Source: an uncultured archaeon
GTDB lineage: Archaea; Iainarchaeota; Iainarchaeia; Iainarchaeales; JAAZKV01
Direction of reading: 5' to 3'
NCBI GenBank assembly: GCA_964619405.1
Contig: CAZUCF010000003.1
Span: 25,192-89,191, forward strand
Length of the DNA stretch: 64,000 nucleotides
Shown here: in pieces, positions 10,711-20,890 of the stretch
Numbering within the stretch: the first letter of the stretch is position 1
How the letters are laid out: each line of letters opens with the position of its first letter
Made by a program: the position numbers and the translations under genes
Notes under the pieces: model-generated
Databases searched by the model: none
What the model was told of the DNA's origin: nothing
Seen by the model: the letters and a program-made list of their open reading frames with translations, nothing else

Positions 10711-12597
10711 TCATTTTTTAGAATCATTTTTTTCTTCAAATTCTGCATCAACAACTTTATCATCTCCTTGTGCTGCTTTGCCATCACCAGACGAAGTATT
10801 ATTTTTACTATCGCTCGGCCCAGCGTTTTGTTGTTTGTTTTGTGCTTGCTGGTAAACTTGTGAACCAATTTCTTGTAATATCTTGTTTAACGAATCCATT
10901 TTTTGTTTTACTTGTTCAGAATTCTTTGGTTCTTTCTTTATTTCTTCTTTTAATTCATTTAAACTTGATTGTATTTTATTTTTTTTCTCGTCATCCAATT
11001 TGTCTTTTAATTCTTCCAACATTTTTTCTGTACTATATATTGTTGCGTCTGCTTGATTAAATATTTCTATTTCTTGTTTTATTTTCTCATCTTCTTTTGC
11101 GTGTTCTTCAGCCTCTTTCTTCATTTTTTCTATTTCCTCGTCATTGAGCTTTGTTGACGCAACTATTTTTATACTCTGTTCTTTTCCCGTACCATTATCT
11201 TTTGCTGAAACATTTACTATCCCGTTTGCATCAATATCAAATGTTACTTCAATTTGCGGCATTCCTCTTGGGGCAGGCAATATTCCTGTTAATTGGAATC
11301 GTCCCAAACTCTTATTGTCTTTTGCTAATGGTCTTTCTCCTTGCAAAACATGAATATCAACTGTTGTTTGATTGTCAGCTGCTGTAGAAAATATTTGTGA
11401 TTTTTTTGTTGGAATAGTTGTGTTCCTATCAATCAATTTTGTTGATACACCACCAAGAGTTTCTATTCCTAAACTTAAAGGTGTTACATCTAACAACAAA
11501 ACATCTTTTACTTCACCACTTAGAACTCCTGCTTGTATTGCTGCGCCCATTGCAACACACTCCATTGGGTCAATTCCTCTTTCAGGCTCTAAACCAGTAA
11601 CTTTTTTTACAAATTCTTGTAGAACAGGCATTCTTGTTGGACCACCAACAAGTATTACTTTTGATAATTCAGCAGCAGTTATTTTAGCATCAGCTAATGC
11701 TTGTGTAATTGGTTTTTCGCACCTTTGAATTATTGGTCTTACCAATTCTTCTAATTTTGCTCTATTAATTTTCATGTTCAAATGTTTTGGGCCACTAGAG
11801 TCAGCTGTTACGTAAGGCAAGTTAATATCTGTTTCAATTGTTGTTGATAATTCTATCTTTGCTTTTTCAGTTGCTTCTCTTAGTCTTTGCATTGCCATAC
11901 TATCTTTTGATAAGTCAACACCTTCTTTTGTCTTGAATTCTTTTATTATGTAGTCTAACAATAATTCGTCCATGTCTGTCCCGCCTAATTCTGTGTCCCC
12001 CGAAGTTGATTTTACTTCAAAGACACCATCACCTAGTTCCATTATTGTTACATCTAGTGTTCCTCCACCAAAATCAAATACTAGTATTTTCGAATCGCCT
12101 TTTTTATCTAAACCATATGCTAGTGAAGCAGCAGTTGGCTCATTAATAATTCTTATTACTTCTAAACCAGCGATTGCACCAGCATCTTTTGTTGCTTGTC
12201 TTTGGTTATCATCAAAATAAGCTGGAACAGTTATAACAGCTTTTTCTACTTTGTCACCTAAATAAGATTCAGCATCTTTTTTTATTTTTTGTAATATGAA
12301 AGAAGATATTTGTTGTGGAGAATATTCTTTTCCACTTGCTTTGAATTTAAAATCTTTACCCATTTTTCTTTTTGCTTTTATAATAGTGTTTTCAGGGTTA
12401 CTAATTGCTTGTCTTCTTGCTGGTTCACCAACAAGCATTTTACCATCTTTTGTAAATGCTACAACACTTGGAAACGCTTTACCATAAACCGTGTTACCTT
12501 CTGCAGAAGGAATTATTTTTGGTTTTCCCCCTTCTAAAACTGCTGCAGCACTATTTGATGTTCCTAAATCTATTCCTATTATCTTACTCATAATCAC
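10711..12597 (-). CDS. dnaK: molecular chaperone DnaK (Hsp70)
   Basis: [35 protein letters not shown]. Confidence 0.97.
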   Translation of the reverse strand: MIMSKIIGIDLGTSNSAAAVLEGGKPKIIPSAEGNTVYGKAFPSVVAFTKDGKMLVGEPARRQAISNPENTIIKAKRKMGKDFKFKASGKEYSPQQISSFILQKIKKDAESYLGDKVEKAVITVPAYFDDNQRQATKDAGAIAGLEVIRIINEPTAASLAYGLDKKGDSKILVFDFGGGTLDVTIMELGDGVFEVKSTSGDTELGGTDMDELLLDYIIKEFKTKEGVDLSKDSMAMQRLREATEKAKIELSTTIETDINLPYVTADSSGPKHLNMKINRAKLEELVRPIIQRCEKPITQALADAKITAAELSKVILVGGPTRMPVLQEFVKKVTGLEPERGIDPMECVAMGAAIQAGVLSGEVKDVLLLDVTPLSLGIETLGGVSTKLIDRNTTIPTKKSQIFSTAADNQTTVDIHVLQGERPLAKDNKSLGRFQLTGILPAPRGMPQIEVTFDIDANGIVNVSAKDNGTGKEQSIKIVASTKLNDEEIEKMKKEAEEHAKEDEKIKQEIEIFNQADATIYSTEKMLEELKDKLDDEKKNKIQSSLNELKEEIKKEPKNSEQVKQKMDSLNKILQEIGSQVYQQAQNKQQNAGPSDSKNNTSSGDGKAAQGDDKVVDAEFEEKNDSKK

Positions 12598-12678
12598 ACC
12601 TCTAAAAATTATTTTTTAATTTTGAATTAAATTCAAAAAATTAATAACAACCTCGCATTTATTACAATTCAAATTATC

Positions 12679-13413
12679 TTAAACTTCATTTTCACCAAAT
12701 TTTTTTTCAATACCATCATTATTTATTTTATTAATATTATTTTCATTAAATTCTTCTTTTTTATCATCATTTATTTTATTAATATTATTTTCATCTTCTT
12801 TTTCATTAATTTCATTTTTACTTTTTTTGTTTTCTTTGTTTTTTTCAATTTCTTCAATTTTATTATTTACACTATCTTTATTTTCATAATTGAAATCATT
12901 TTTCTTTAATTCTTTTTCATCAAAATCATTTTTTTGATTTAATAAATTGTTAATACTTATTTTTGTTGTTCGCAAAACTTTGTTTTTTAATTTGTAACCT
13001 GTTGAGAGTACTTGTACTACTTGGCCTTCTTTTAAATTATTATTTGATTCTTGCATTAAACAATCCATTATTTCGTGGTCGAAATTGTCTCCAACATTAA
13101 CTTCTATTTTACTCAAACCATTTTTTCTTAATATTAAAAATAATTGTTCGTATATTTGAACAAAATCTTTGTTGTGTTTTAAACCTAATTCAAGTGAATC
13201 TAGTACTGGTAACAATTCTTCAATTGTTTGGGCTAAAACATATTCTTTGAAATCACAATTTTGTTTTTCAACTCTTTTTTGAAAATTCTCAAATTCTGCT
13301 TGAACTCTTTTCAAATCATTTGTTAATTCAATAATTCTTTTTTGTTCTTGGGTTTCTTCTTTTTCAACACTATCCTTTTGAGGCATTGTTTTCGTTGACT
13401 TGTTTTTATCCAT
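12679..13413 (-). CDS. grpE: nucleotide exchange factor GrpE with a long N/K/E-rich C-terminal tail
   Basis: Coiled-coil N-terminus plus GrpE core (AEFENFQKR; beta-domain GYKLKNKVLR). First gene of the grpE-dnaK-dnaJ order. Confidence 0.85.
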   Translation of the reverse strand: MDKNKSTKTMPQKDSVEKEETQEQKRIIELTNDLKRVQAEFENFQKRVEKQNCDFKEYVLAQTIEELLPVLDSLELGLKHNKDFVQIYEQLFLILRKNGLSKIEVNVGDNFDHEIMDCLMQESNNNLKEGQVVQVLSTGYKLKNKVLRTTKISINNLLNQKNDFDEKELKKNDFNYENKDSVNNKIEEIEKNKENKKSKNEINEKEDENNINKINDDKKEEFNENNINKINNDGIEKKFGENEV

Positions 13414-13527
13414 AATATTAAAAGCAACCCAATTCTTTTTAAATTTTATCTAACTTTGTCTAAAATATTTAAACTTTTTAAGTATTATTTAGACAAACTT
13501 ATAAATTGTTTGATTTTTTATTGTGTA

Positions 13528-14019
13528 ATGAGTAACGAGTTAATTTTGAATGAAAAGAGTAAGTTACCAGTTGTTAAAGGCACACCCGTTAAAAACTTAT
13601 TCAAAAAAAGCAATACTATTACTATTTCAAAGATAGCCATGCCCGAAAGCAATAATTTTGATGACAAACTGGCTTGGTTGTGCGCAAGCACTGGTTTTTT
13701 TGAGAATATTGATAAAAACAAGAATGCTGCTCGAATTTTTAAAGAAATTTTTTTAGCAGGAACAATAGGACAAATAGTTACAAGCACAACAATATCAGAA
13801 AGAATTGGTATGAGTAGAGGAAGCACAATAAACCATTTGAACAGACTAGTAAAATCTGGTTTGATTGAAAAAGCAGGAAAATATTATTTTACTAGACAAA
13901 AAACAATGTTGGGGATTATTGAAGAAATAGAGGATGATGTGCTACACTCTTTTTTAAGAATGAAAAAAATCGCAAAAGAAATTGATTCCAAAACAAGCCA
14001 AGTAATAAATATGAAATAA
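13528..14019 (+). CDS. winged-helix transcriptional regulator, divergent from grpE
   Basis: HTH segment ISERIGMSRGSTINHLNRLVKSGLIEK. ATG at 13528 preferred over the upstream TTG. Confidence 0.5.
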   Translation: MSNELILNEKSKLPVVKGTPVKNLFKKSNTITISKIAMPESNNFDDKLAWLCASTGFFENIDKNKNAARIFKEIFLAGTIGQIVTSTTISERIGMSRGSTINHLNRLVKSGLIEKAGKYYFTRQKTMLGIIEEIEDDVLHSFLRMKKIAKEIDSKTSQVINMK

Positions 14020-14075
14020 AAAAAAATAAATATTATAAAATAAAAACTAATTATAACACAAATAATAAAACTTGG

Positions 14076-15086
14076 TTACTTTGTTTTGTTAAAATAATCC
14101 TTGAAATGATTTTCAATTTCATTAATTGTTTTTGATAAAGCGAATTTGTTTCTCAATTTTTTTGCACCAACAAAATTTTTTGCTAAAAAAATAAAATAAC
14201 CCCTAATATCATTTATGCCAAGAGAAAAATCTTTTGCTAATTCAATATAACGCGAACCCTCTAAAAAAATATCTTTCGAACTTCTTTCCAAAACGGTTTT
14301 ATTTAATTGCATAGATTTTGATTTTAAATTATTAACAATTTTTTTACTTTTTTGTTTTTCAAATTGTTTTATTTGTTTAAACAAAAACGCGTTGCCTATT
14401 GCACTTCTACCAATCATAACAAAATCACAATTGGTTTCCTTTTTCATTTTAATATAATCTTCTAAATTATTAATATCACCATTCCCAATTATTGGAACTT
14501 TGCTCTGTTCTTTTAATTTTTTTATTTTTTTCCAATTCGTTTTTCCACCATACCCTTGTTTTCCTAACCTCGCATGCAAGCAAATAGCATTAACACCAGC
14601 TTTTTCAGCTTCTCTTGCAACCTCTAAAAAATTTTCTTTTTCTAAGCCCAAACGCATTTTTATGGTAACCGGTTTTTTTGTTGAATTTTTCATTTCTTTT
14701 ATTATATCTCTAACTAATACAGGAAATTGCATTATGTAGCAACCATATTTTCCTTTTACTGCTTTTGGGACACTACACCCCGCGTTTAAATCATAACCCG
14801 CAAAATTATTTAGCAAAGGGTTATTTTCTATAATAGAAATTGCTTGTGAAAAATCTTTTGGTTTACTACCAAACAATTGCAAAAAAACTGGTTTTTCTTT
14901 TTTATTAACAAACAACATTTTTTTTGTTTTGTTATTCTTGTGAATAATTGATTTGCAAGAAATTAGTTCAGTGTATTGTAATGAAGAACCATGTTCTTTG
15001 CAAAGAGTTCTAAAAGCAATATTAGTAAAATCGGCCATTGGAGCAAGAAAAGCACCTTTCTCTATTTTTAAAGAACCTATTTTCAT
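14076..15086 (-). CDS. dus: tRNA-dihydrouridine synthase
   Basis: FMN TIM-barrel motifs LAPMADFTN, DLNAGCSVPKA (catalytic Cys) and GNGDI. Confidence 0.85.
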   Translation of the reverse strand: MKIGSLKIEKGAFLAPMADFTNIAFRTLCKEHGSSLQYTELISCKSIIHKNNKTKKMLFVNKKEKPVFLQLFGSKPKDFSQAISIIENNPLLNNFAGYDLNAGCSVPKAVKGKYGCYIMQFPVLVRDIIKEMKNSTKKPVTIKMRLGLEKENFLEVAREAEKAGVNAICLHARLGKQGYGGKTNWKKIKKLKEQSKVPIIGNGDINNLEDYIKMKKETNCDFVMIGRSAIGNAFLFKQIKQFEKQKSKKIVNNLKSKSMQLNKTVLERSSKDIFLEGSRYIELAKDFSLGINDIRGYFIFLAKNFVGAKKLRNKFALSKTINEIENHFKDYFNKTK

Positions 15087-15143
15087 AAATAATATTTAAA
15101 TCAAAAGGTTTAACAAAATGGCCAAATAATTTTTTACACAAAT

Positions 15144-18100
15144 CTATTCAACAATGGTTTTAGCAGAAGGATATTCAATATCATTTGAATCTTTTGTGTA
15201 TTCTAAAAGCGTGTTTGAATTCAAAACAAGTAAAGTATTGTATTCGTCAGCAGCAAAGTACTTTCCTTCTGCCACAAAATCAGGCGGCCACATTGTCGCC
15301 GAAACACTATCTCCTTGTTCGAAAGGCGTGCTATCATAATCTTGAGAACACCCAACTTTGGTTTTCAATTTTGTAATAGTCTGGCCATTATAATCTTTTG
15401 CAAAAATACTTGTTGCTTCCCCATACAACCCATAATAAGATGTGGACCCAAACCCAGCAGTACTTGTATTTTGAATTGGTGCATGATAAGTATGATCAAC
15501 ATTATAACACATTCTTCCACGTGTATAACCATCATTTACATAGTCGGTATAAACTTTATGCAATGGTGATTCAAGAATAACCCAGTATAAATTTTTTGAT
15601 GGTTTTACCTTTATAACTTTTGTAATTGTTAAATTTTCTTTGTCTCGCAAGTCAAATATTTCTTGTTTTTCAATGAATTCTAAACCAGAATTTAGTCTTA
15701 GTGTTTTTGGATATCCTTCTTCATCAACCATAAACCAAATGTTTCCATTAATATCAATAAAATCAACTTCGTTTTGTTTGTAAATGACATCAATTTTACT
15801 TCTTTCATATTTATTTTGTTTTACATAATTTTCTTTTGAATTATTTAGAGTATAAACTTTTTTTCTTTCAAGAACACACCCATCATCTATATCAACTTCA
15901 GAAATACAAGGAACAATGTTTCCGTCAATAATTTTCATTTTTGTTTCTCCAACACAATCAATTTCTTTACCTGCTACTTTTATTGCATAAACAGAACTTC
16001 CATCAATTTCTTTTATCCAATAATTTCCTTGGTCATCTTTTAATGGGCTTGAGTATTTTTCATCAAATTTGCAATCAATCAAATTAATCTTTTTCATGTC
16101 CTCTATTATGTCATTAATATTTGTGTTGTTATCCAATTGTTCAGGTGCAGGTGTTCTTGCAAAACAAGCATTTCTTTGATCCTCATCAGGAATAGGAACA
16201 CAATAATTAGCATCAGCATAATACTGTGCAAGATTTCTTAGAACAAAAGTTAAATCATAATCACGCAGATTTTTGTTTAATATATTTTCCAAATTGTATT
16301 CTGCAAGAATTTCCTTATTTTTGTCAACCACTTTTATACAAGCAATTCCCGCATAATAATCAAACGGAAAAGAATCATAACAAGGATCAATATAATTATA
16401 GTGTTTTGCAATATTTAGAAGAATTTTTGCTTTATCTTTTACATTAATATTAAGGCTATTTGTAAAACTGAGCGCATCTTTACTAAACAAACCAGTAAAA
16501 GAATCAAAATTTGTTATACAAGAAGAAATCTTTAAAACATCATTCCCCCATAGTTTACAATTTTCTAAAGAAAATCCATTAACATCGATTGAATCTGAAG
16601 GGAAATTAAAATTAATTGGATTTGAAGGGATATTATTCACTGACAAAAAAGCTAAATTAACAGGGGCAATAACTTGAACTGTTTTTTCCTTATTTAAATC
16701 TTCTAAATTTATTTTAAAAGAATTAAAGCCTTGAGGGGATTTTATAACTAATTCATAATTATCAAATTCAGTAAAGATAAAGTCACCATACTTCCAATTT
16801 GTATCAAGAACTTTTATTGTTTCATTTAAACTCGATGCCAGAATTAAACCAGTTGGCACAATAGTCAAAGGAGGACCAGAATTAATTGTAACAAATTCAG
16901 GAATACTTCCAATTTGATTAGGATCTATTCTCCAATAAACATAAGGAGAATTTTCCGGTTGCCATGCCCCCCATCCATTAATATTTTCTGTAATATGTTC
17001 CAATGAAGACCCCATAACCCCATAACCAATCCCATTTTCAGAAATCAATCCCGCATGCTCATCATTAACCACAATATCACCCGGCAGAGGCATTTCATTT
17101 GGAGCTAATCTTCTTAACCCTGGCAATTCTTGAGCAGAATTAAATACATTTACAGTATAGGCGGGCAAATAATATCCAACTGTCTCGCCAAAAAAATCTA
17201 TTGCAGGCGAACTAGAAAAAGGTAAATTAACCCCCCAACCAGAGTAAATATCATAAGGAAATAAATTACATTTGTACCCAAAAAAAGGATGATTATACAC
17301 TGATTGATGAGCCCACCCCAAAGAACCTTCATAATATTTTGCTAAGATAGTAAATAACGCCCCATAAGCAAATTCTTCAGAAGATAAATTTTTTAAATTT
17401 GCCAGAATTTGAGGAGAATAATCTAATGAATACATACTTAAAACATCTATTAATTTTTGTAAAGCCTCACTACCCCCACCACTATTTTTAAAATCATTAA
17501 ATGCATTTACCAAATGATCAAAAACAACATCTTTGTTTAATCCTGCAACAAGGCTACCAAAACTTTTTTTTGGCCAAATATTAAATGATTTAAATTTTAT
17601 AGAAATTCTTGGCGCTGGCTTGTCCGCATTCCACCACGAATGCACTTTAGACATTTCCCCCACATACTTGCATTTTCCGTTCGCACAAACTTTTTTTGCA
17701 ATTCCTTCTTGTACCCAAATTCCTTTTGTTTCATTAAAATACCATAAAGGCATTTGGTTTGGAGCATTGTTTTGTTGTGCTTCATCTATTTGGAAAGTTA
17801 TTTTTGCACTTGTCCCATTTTTAAAATCCAAATTGTTTCCTTTTTCGTCTTGAGCAATTATTTTTGCAAAACCATAACTAACAAAAGCAGTTTCTAATCC
17901 GTTCTCATCTATCCCTTCAAGTTCTCCTGGAAAATATTGCATGTCTCCTTGTGTGTTAGGATTAAAACCAGTTACAGATAATTCAGCTTCTTCTGGAACA
18001 ATATTTGTACCAAGTATTACCAAGTCTTCACCATTTAATTCTACTTCAACAATTTTATCAGAAACAATATTGTTTGCATTCAAATCAATCTTTTCAAAAT

Positions 18101-18794
18101 CATTCATTAGAGCCATTATTACATCAAGCTCTTGATCCATACAAGAATTAATTTTTTTGTGTAATGGAACAAAGCCTTCTTTTGAAAAATTTAATGTAAA
18201 TTCATCTTTGCATTGTAATTCTAAAGAATAAGTGTTGTCATTTAATTTTGAAGATTTTATTGTCGCACCAGTTGCAGTTATTATTGTGTTAGAAAAGTTG
18301 GTTGATTCTCCAAAAATAATTCCAGAAATTTGTATTTGTTGAACAGGTGCAAAAAGATTTGGAATATTTATTATTGGAATATCAATATTTGGAATAATTG
18401 ACCCAATATCAGTCCCAAATAGTGGCGCAATAAATAACATTGCTAAACCAAAAAAAATAAAGCAAAGCAATACTCCTAAAACAAAACCAATTTTCCTAAA
18501 AACGCTTTTTAAAAAAAACTCTTTTTTTAAATGATGTTTAAAAACTTTTTTTTGCTTAATATTAAATTCATTCAATAATAAAGCAGTATCATTTTGACTT
18601 AAATCAAAATCATAAATTTTTTCTAATTTTTCAGAATCTTTTGTCAAATTAATCTTTTTTACAATTTCGTAAAAACCAATTATTTCTCTTAATTCATTAG
18701 GCGGCAAGTTTTCAAACGCCGAAATCAACTCAAATTTTGTAACACCTAGTTTAACGGATTTTAATATATCTTGTTTGATTTTATTATTTAACAA
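15144..18794 (-). CDS. large membrane-anchored extracellular protein (1216 aa), function unknown
   Basis: Single N-terminal TM (VLGVLLCFIFFGLAMLFIAPLF) after a roughly 95-aa cytoplasmic head, then a long Cys-containing ectodomain. A possible NlpC/P60- or CHAP-like segment (PGDIVVNDEHAGLIS) is only weakly supported. Confidence 0.6.
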   Translation of the reverse strand: MLNNKIKQDILKSVKLGVTKFELISAFENLPPNELREIIGFYEIVKKINLTKDSEKLEKIYDFDLSQNDTALLLNEFNIKQKKVFKHHLKKEFFLKSVFRKIGFVLGVLLCFIFFGLAMLFIAPLFGTDIGSIIPNIDIPIINIPNLFAPVQQIQISGIIFGESTNFSNTIITATGATIKSSKLNDNTYSLELQCKDEFTLNFSKEGFVPLHKKINSCMDQELDVIMALMNDFEKIDLNANNIVSDKIVEVELNGEDLVILGTNIVPEEAELSVTGFNPNTQGDMQYFPGELEGIDENGLETAFVSYGFAKIIAQDEKGNNLDFKNGTSAKITFQIDEAQQNNAPNQMPLWYFNETKGIWVQEGIAKKVCANGKCKYVGEMSKVHSWWNADKPAPRISIKFKSFNIWPKKSFGSLVAGLNKDVVFDHLVNAFNDFKNSGGGSEALQKLIDVLSMYSLDYSPQILANLKNLSSEEFAYGALFTILAKYYEGSLGWAHQSVYNHPFFGYKCNLFPYDIYSGWGVNLPFSSSPAIDFFGETVGYYLPAYTVNVFNSAQELPGLRRLAPNEMPLPGDIVVNDEHAGLISENGIGYGVMGSSLEHITENINGWGAWQPENSPYVYWRIDPNQIGSIPEFVTINSGPPLTIVPTGLILASSLNETIKVLDTNWKYGDFIFTEFDNYELVIKSPQGFNSFKINLEDLNKEKTVQVIAPVNLAFLSVNNIPSNPINFNFPSDSIDVNGFSLENCKLWGNDVLKISSCITNFDSFTGLFSKDALSFTNSLNINVKDKAKILLNIAKHYNYIDPCYDSFPFDYYAGIACIKVVDKNKEILAEYNLENILNKNLRDYDLTFVLRNLAQYYADANYCVPIPDEDQRNACFARTPAPEQLDNNTNINDIIEDMKKINLIDCKFDEKYSSPLKDDQGNYWIKEIDGSSVYAIKVAGKEIDCVGETKMKIIDGNIVPCISEVDIDDGCVLERKKVYTLNNSKENYVKQNKYERSKIDVIYKQNEVDFIDINGNIWFMVDEEGYPKTLRLNSGLEFIEKQEIFDLRDKENLTITKVIKVKPSKNLYWVILESPLHKVYTDYVNDGYTRGRMCYNVDHTYHAPIQNTSTAGFGSTSYYGLYGEATSIFAKDYNGQTITKLKTKVGCSQDYDSTPFEQGDSVSATMWPPDFVAEGKYFAADEYNTLLVLNSNTLLEYTKDSNDIEYPSAKTIVE

Positions 18795-18806
18795 TTTTCC
18801 ACCTAA

Positions 18807-20837
18807 TTATTTAATCATTATTGCATCAATTGCAAAAGCACCATTCTCATTAACAATTATTGGGTTCATTTCTATTTCTTTTATTTCTGGATAAGTTAAA
18901 GACAAATTTGAAACAGCTTTAATTACTTTTTTTAGTGAATCAATATCATATTTCTTTTTTGTTCGCGCGCCTTTTAAAACAGCTGTTCCTTTTACTTCTT
19001 CAAACATTTCTTCTATATCAGAGTCATTTATTGGAGCAATTTTTTGTGAAACATCCTTCATTATTTCAACAAATATTCCTCCTAAACCAAAAGTAATTAT
19101 TTTTCCGAATTCGTTTGTAATACTTGAAACAAGAACTTCTTGCCCCCAAATCATTTCTTGTAAGGCAATTTGTTTTGGTTTATTCATTTTTACAAGAATT
19201 TTTTGCATTTCAAAAAATATTTTTTTTGCTTCTTCTTTATTAACAATATTCCATTTTACTAAACCCAAATCGGTTTTGTGTGGTATTCCCGAAGAAGCTT
19301 TCATTGCTATTGGGAAAATAAATTTGTTTATTTGCTCATCAAACTCTTTTTCGTTTTCAACAAACTCGGTTTTACAAGTTTTGATTCCAAACTCATTTAA
19401 AATAGAAAATGCTTGCTTCATGTTTATTACAGAATTTTTTTTGATTAAATTAATTGTTTCTTGTTTTGGAACAATTTTTTGTTCAAAATTTTTTAACACT
19501 TTTTTTGATGAATCATACGCTCTTAAACGAGAAAGAGCTTTTATCCCTCGCTCAGGAGTATCAAATTCTACTATCCCATTTTCTCTAAAATGCCTTCTCG
19601 CATTACTAACTGCTGTTCCACCCAAAAAAGAACATAATATGGGTAAGCGCGAATTTAGTTCAACAATAATATCTGCTACTCTATCAGGATCAGTCATGCT
19701 TTGTGGTGTCAATAAAACATATAATAAATCAACATTTGCATCGTCTTGTAAAACTGTTAAAGCAGTTCTATAATCAATTGGTTTTGCATCCCCAATTAAA
19801 TCAAGTGGGTTAGAAGGATTTGGATTAATTTCTTTTACAATTTCAATGGTTTTCTTACTAAACATTGGTAAAGTAAAGTTATGATTTGATGCTGAATCAG
19901 CAGCTATTACTCCTGGACCACCAGCGTTTGTTACAACTGCTAAACGAAAACCATTTGGCTTTTTTAATTTTGAAAGTATTTTAGCCATGTCAAAAAAACC
20001 TTCTATTGAATTCATTCGAATTATGTTAGCTTTTTTGCAAGCAACTGAAAATATATTATCATCAACACTTAATGCTCCTGTGTGAGATGACGCTGCTTTC
20101 ACTCCTTCAGCACTCCTACCTGATTTCAATAATATTACCGGTTTCTTTTTTGCTAGAGCATAAGCTGATTTTAAAAAATCTGAATTATTTTTTACTGATT
20201 CCATGTAAACAAAAACTGCTTTTGTTTTTGGATCACTTGCAAGATAATTAAAATAAGAGCATTCACTCAAAAAAGATTTGTTTCCTGTTGAAATAAACTT
20301 GCTAAAACCAACTTTTTCTTTTCTAGCCCAATCTAATATTGCAGTACAAAGTGCACCACTTTGTGATACTAAAGCAATATCTCCTTTTGCAGGAAAGTTT
20401 GCTGAGAACGAAGCGTTCAAACCATTTTCACTATTAATTATTCCAAGAGTGTTTGGCCCAACAACATTCATTTCATTTTTTTCAACAATTTGTTTTATTT
20501 GTTCTTCGATTTTTTTTCCATCTTCACCAGTCTCACTAAAACCAGCTGTTATTATTACAACATTTTTAACATTTTTTTTAGCACAATCTTCAATTACACT
20601 TAAAACAAATTTTGATGGAACAACAATAATGGCTAAATCAATTTTCTTATTTATTTTTGTGATTGATGGAAACGCATCAATACCCAAAATTTTGTTTTCT
20701 TTTAAATTGATAGGATAAATTGGCCCTGAAAAATTCGCGTCAATAAGATTTTTTACTATAGCATAACCTACTTTTCCAGGAGCATTACTAGCACCAATTA
20801 TTGCAACGCTCTCTGGTTCAAACATTTTTTCTAGCAT
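18807..20837 (-). CDS. acd: acetate--CoA ligase (ADP-forming), fused alpha/beta
   Basis: N-terminal CoA-binding domain (VAIIGASNAPGKVG), succinyl-CoA-synthetase-like ligase domain and C-terminal ATP-grasp, 676 aa. Confidence 0.85.
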   Translation of the reverse strand: MLEKMFEPESVAIIGASNAPGKVGYAIVKNLIDANFSGPIYPINLKENKILGIDAFPSITKINKKIDLAIIVVPSKFVLSVIEDCAKKNVKNVVIITAGFSETGEDGKKIEEQIKQIVEKNEMNVVGPNTLGIINSENGLNASFSANFPAKGDIALVSQSGALCTAILDWARKEKVGFSKFISTGNKSFLSECSYFNYLASDPKTKAVFVYMESVKNNSDFLKSAYALAKKKPVILLKSGRSAEGVKAASSHTGALSVDDNIFSVACKKANIIRMNSIEGFFDMAKILSKLKKPNGFRLAVVTNAGGPGVIAADSASNHNFTLPMFSKKTIEIVKEINPNPSNPLDLIGDAKPIDYRTALTVLQDDANVDLLYVLLTPQSMTDPDRVADIIVELNSRLPILCSFLGGTAVSNARRHFRENGIVEFDTPERGIKALSRLRAYDSSKKVLKNFEQKIVPKQETINLIKKNSVINMKQAFSILNEFGIKTCKTEFVENEKEFDEQINKFIFPIAMKASSGIPHKTDLGLVKWNIVNKEEAKKIFFEMQKILVKMNKPKQIALQEMIWGQEVLVSSITNEFGKIITFGLGGIFVEIMKDVSQKIAPINDSDIEEMFEEVKGTAVLKGARTKKKYDIDSLKKVIKAVSNLSLTYPEIKEIEMNPIIVNENGAFAIDAIMIK

Positions 20838-20890
20838 TATAAATTAAACTCTTTTGACTATTAAATACTTATCTTAACAAATTATTTTAA

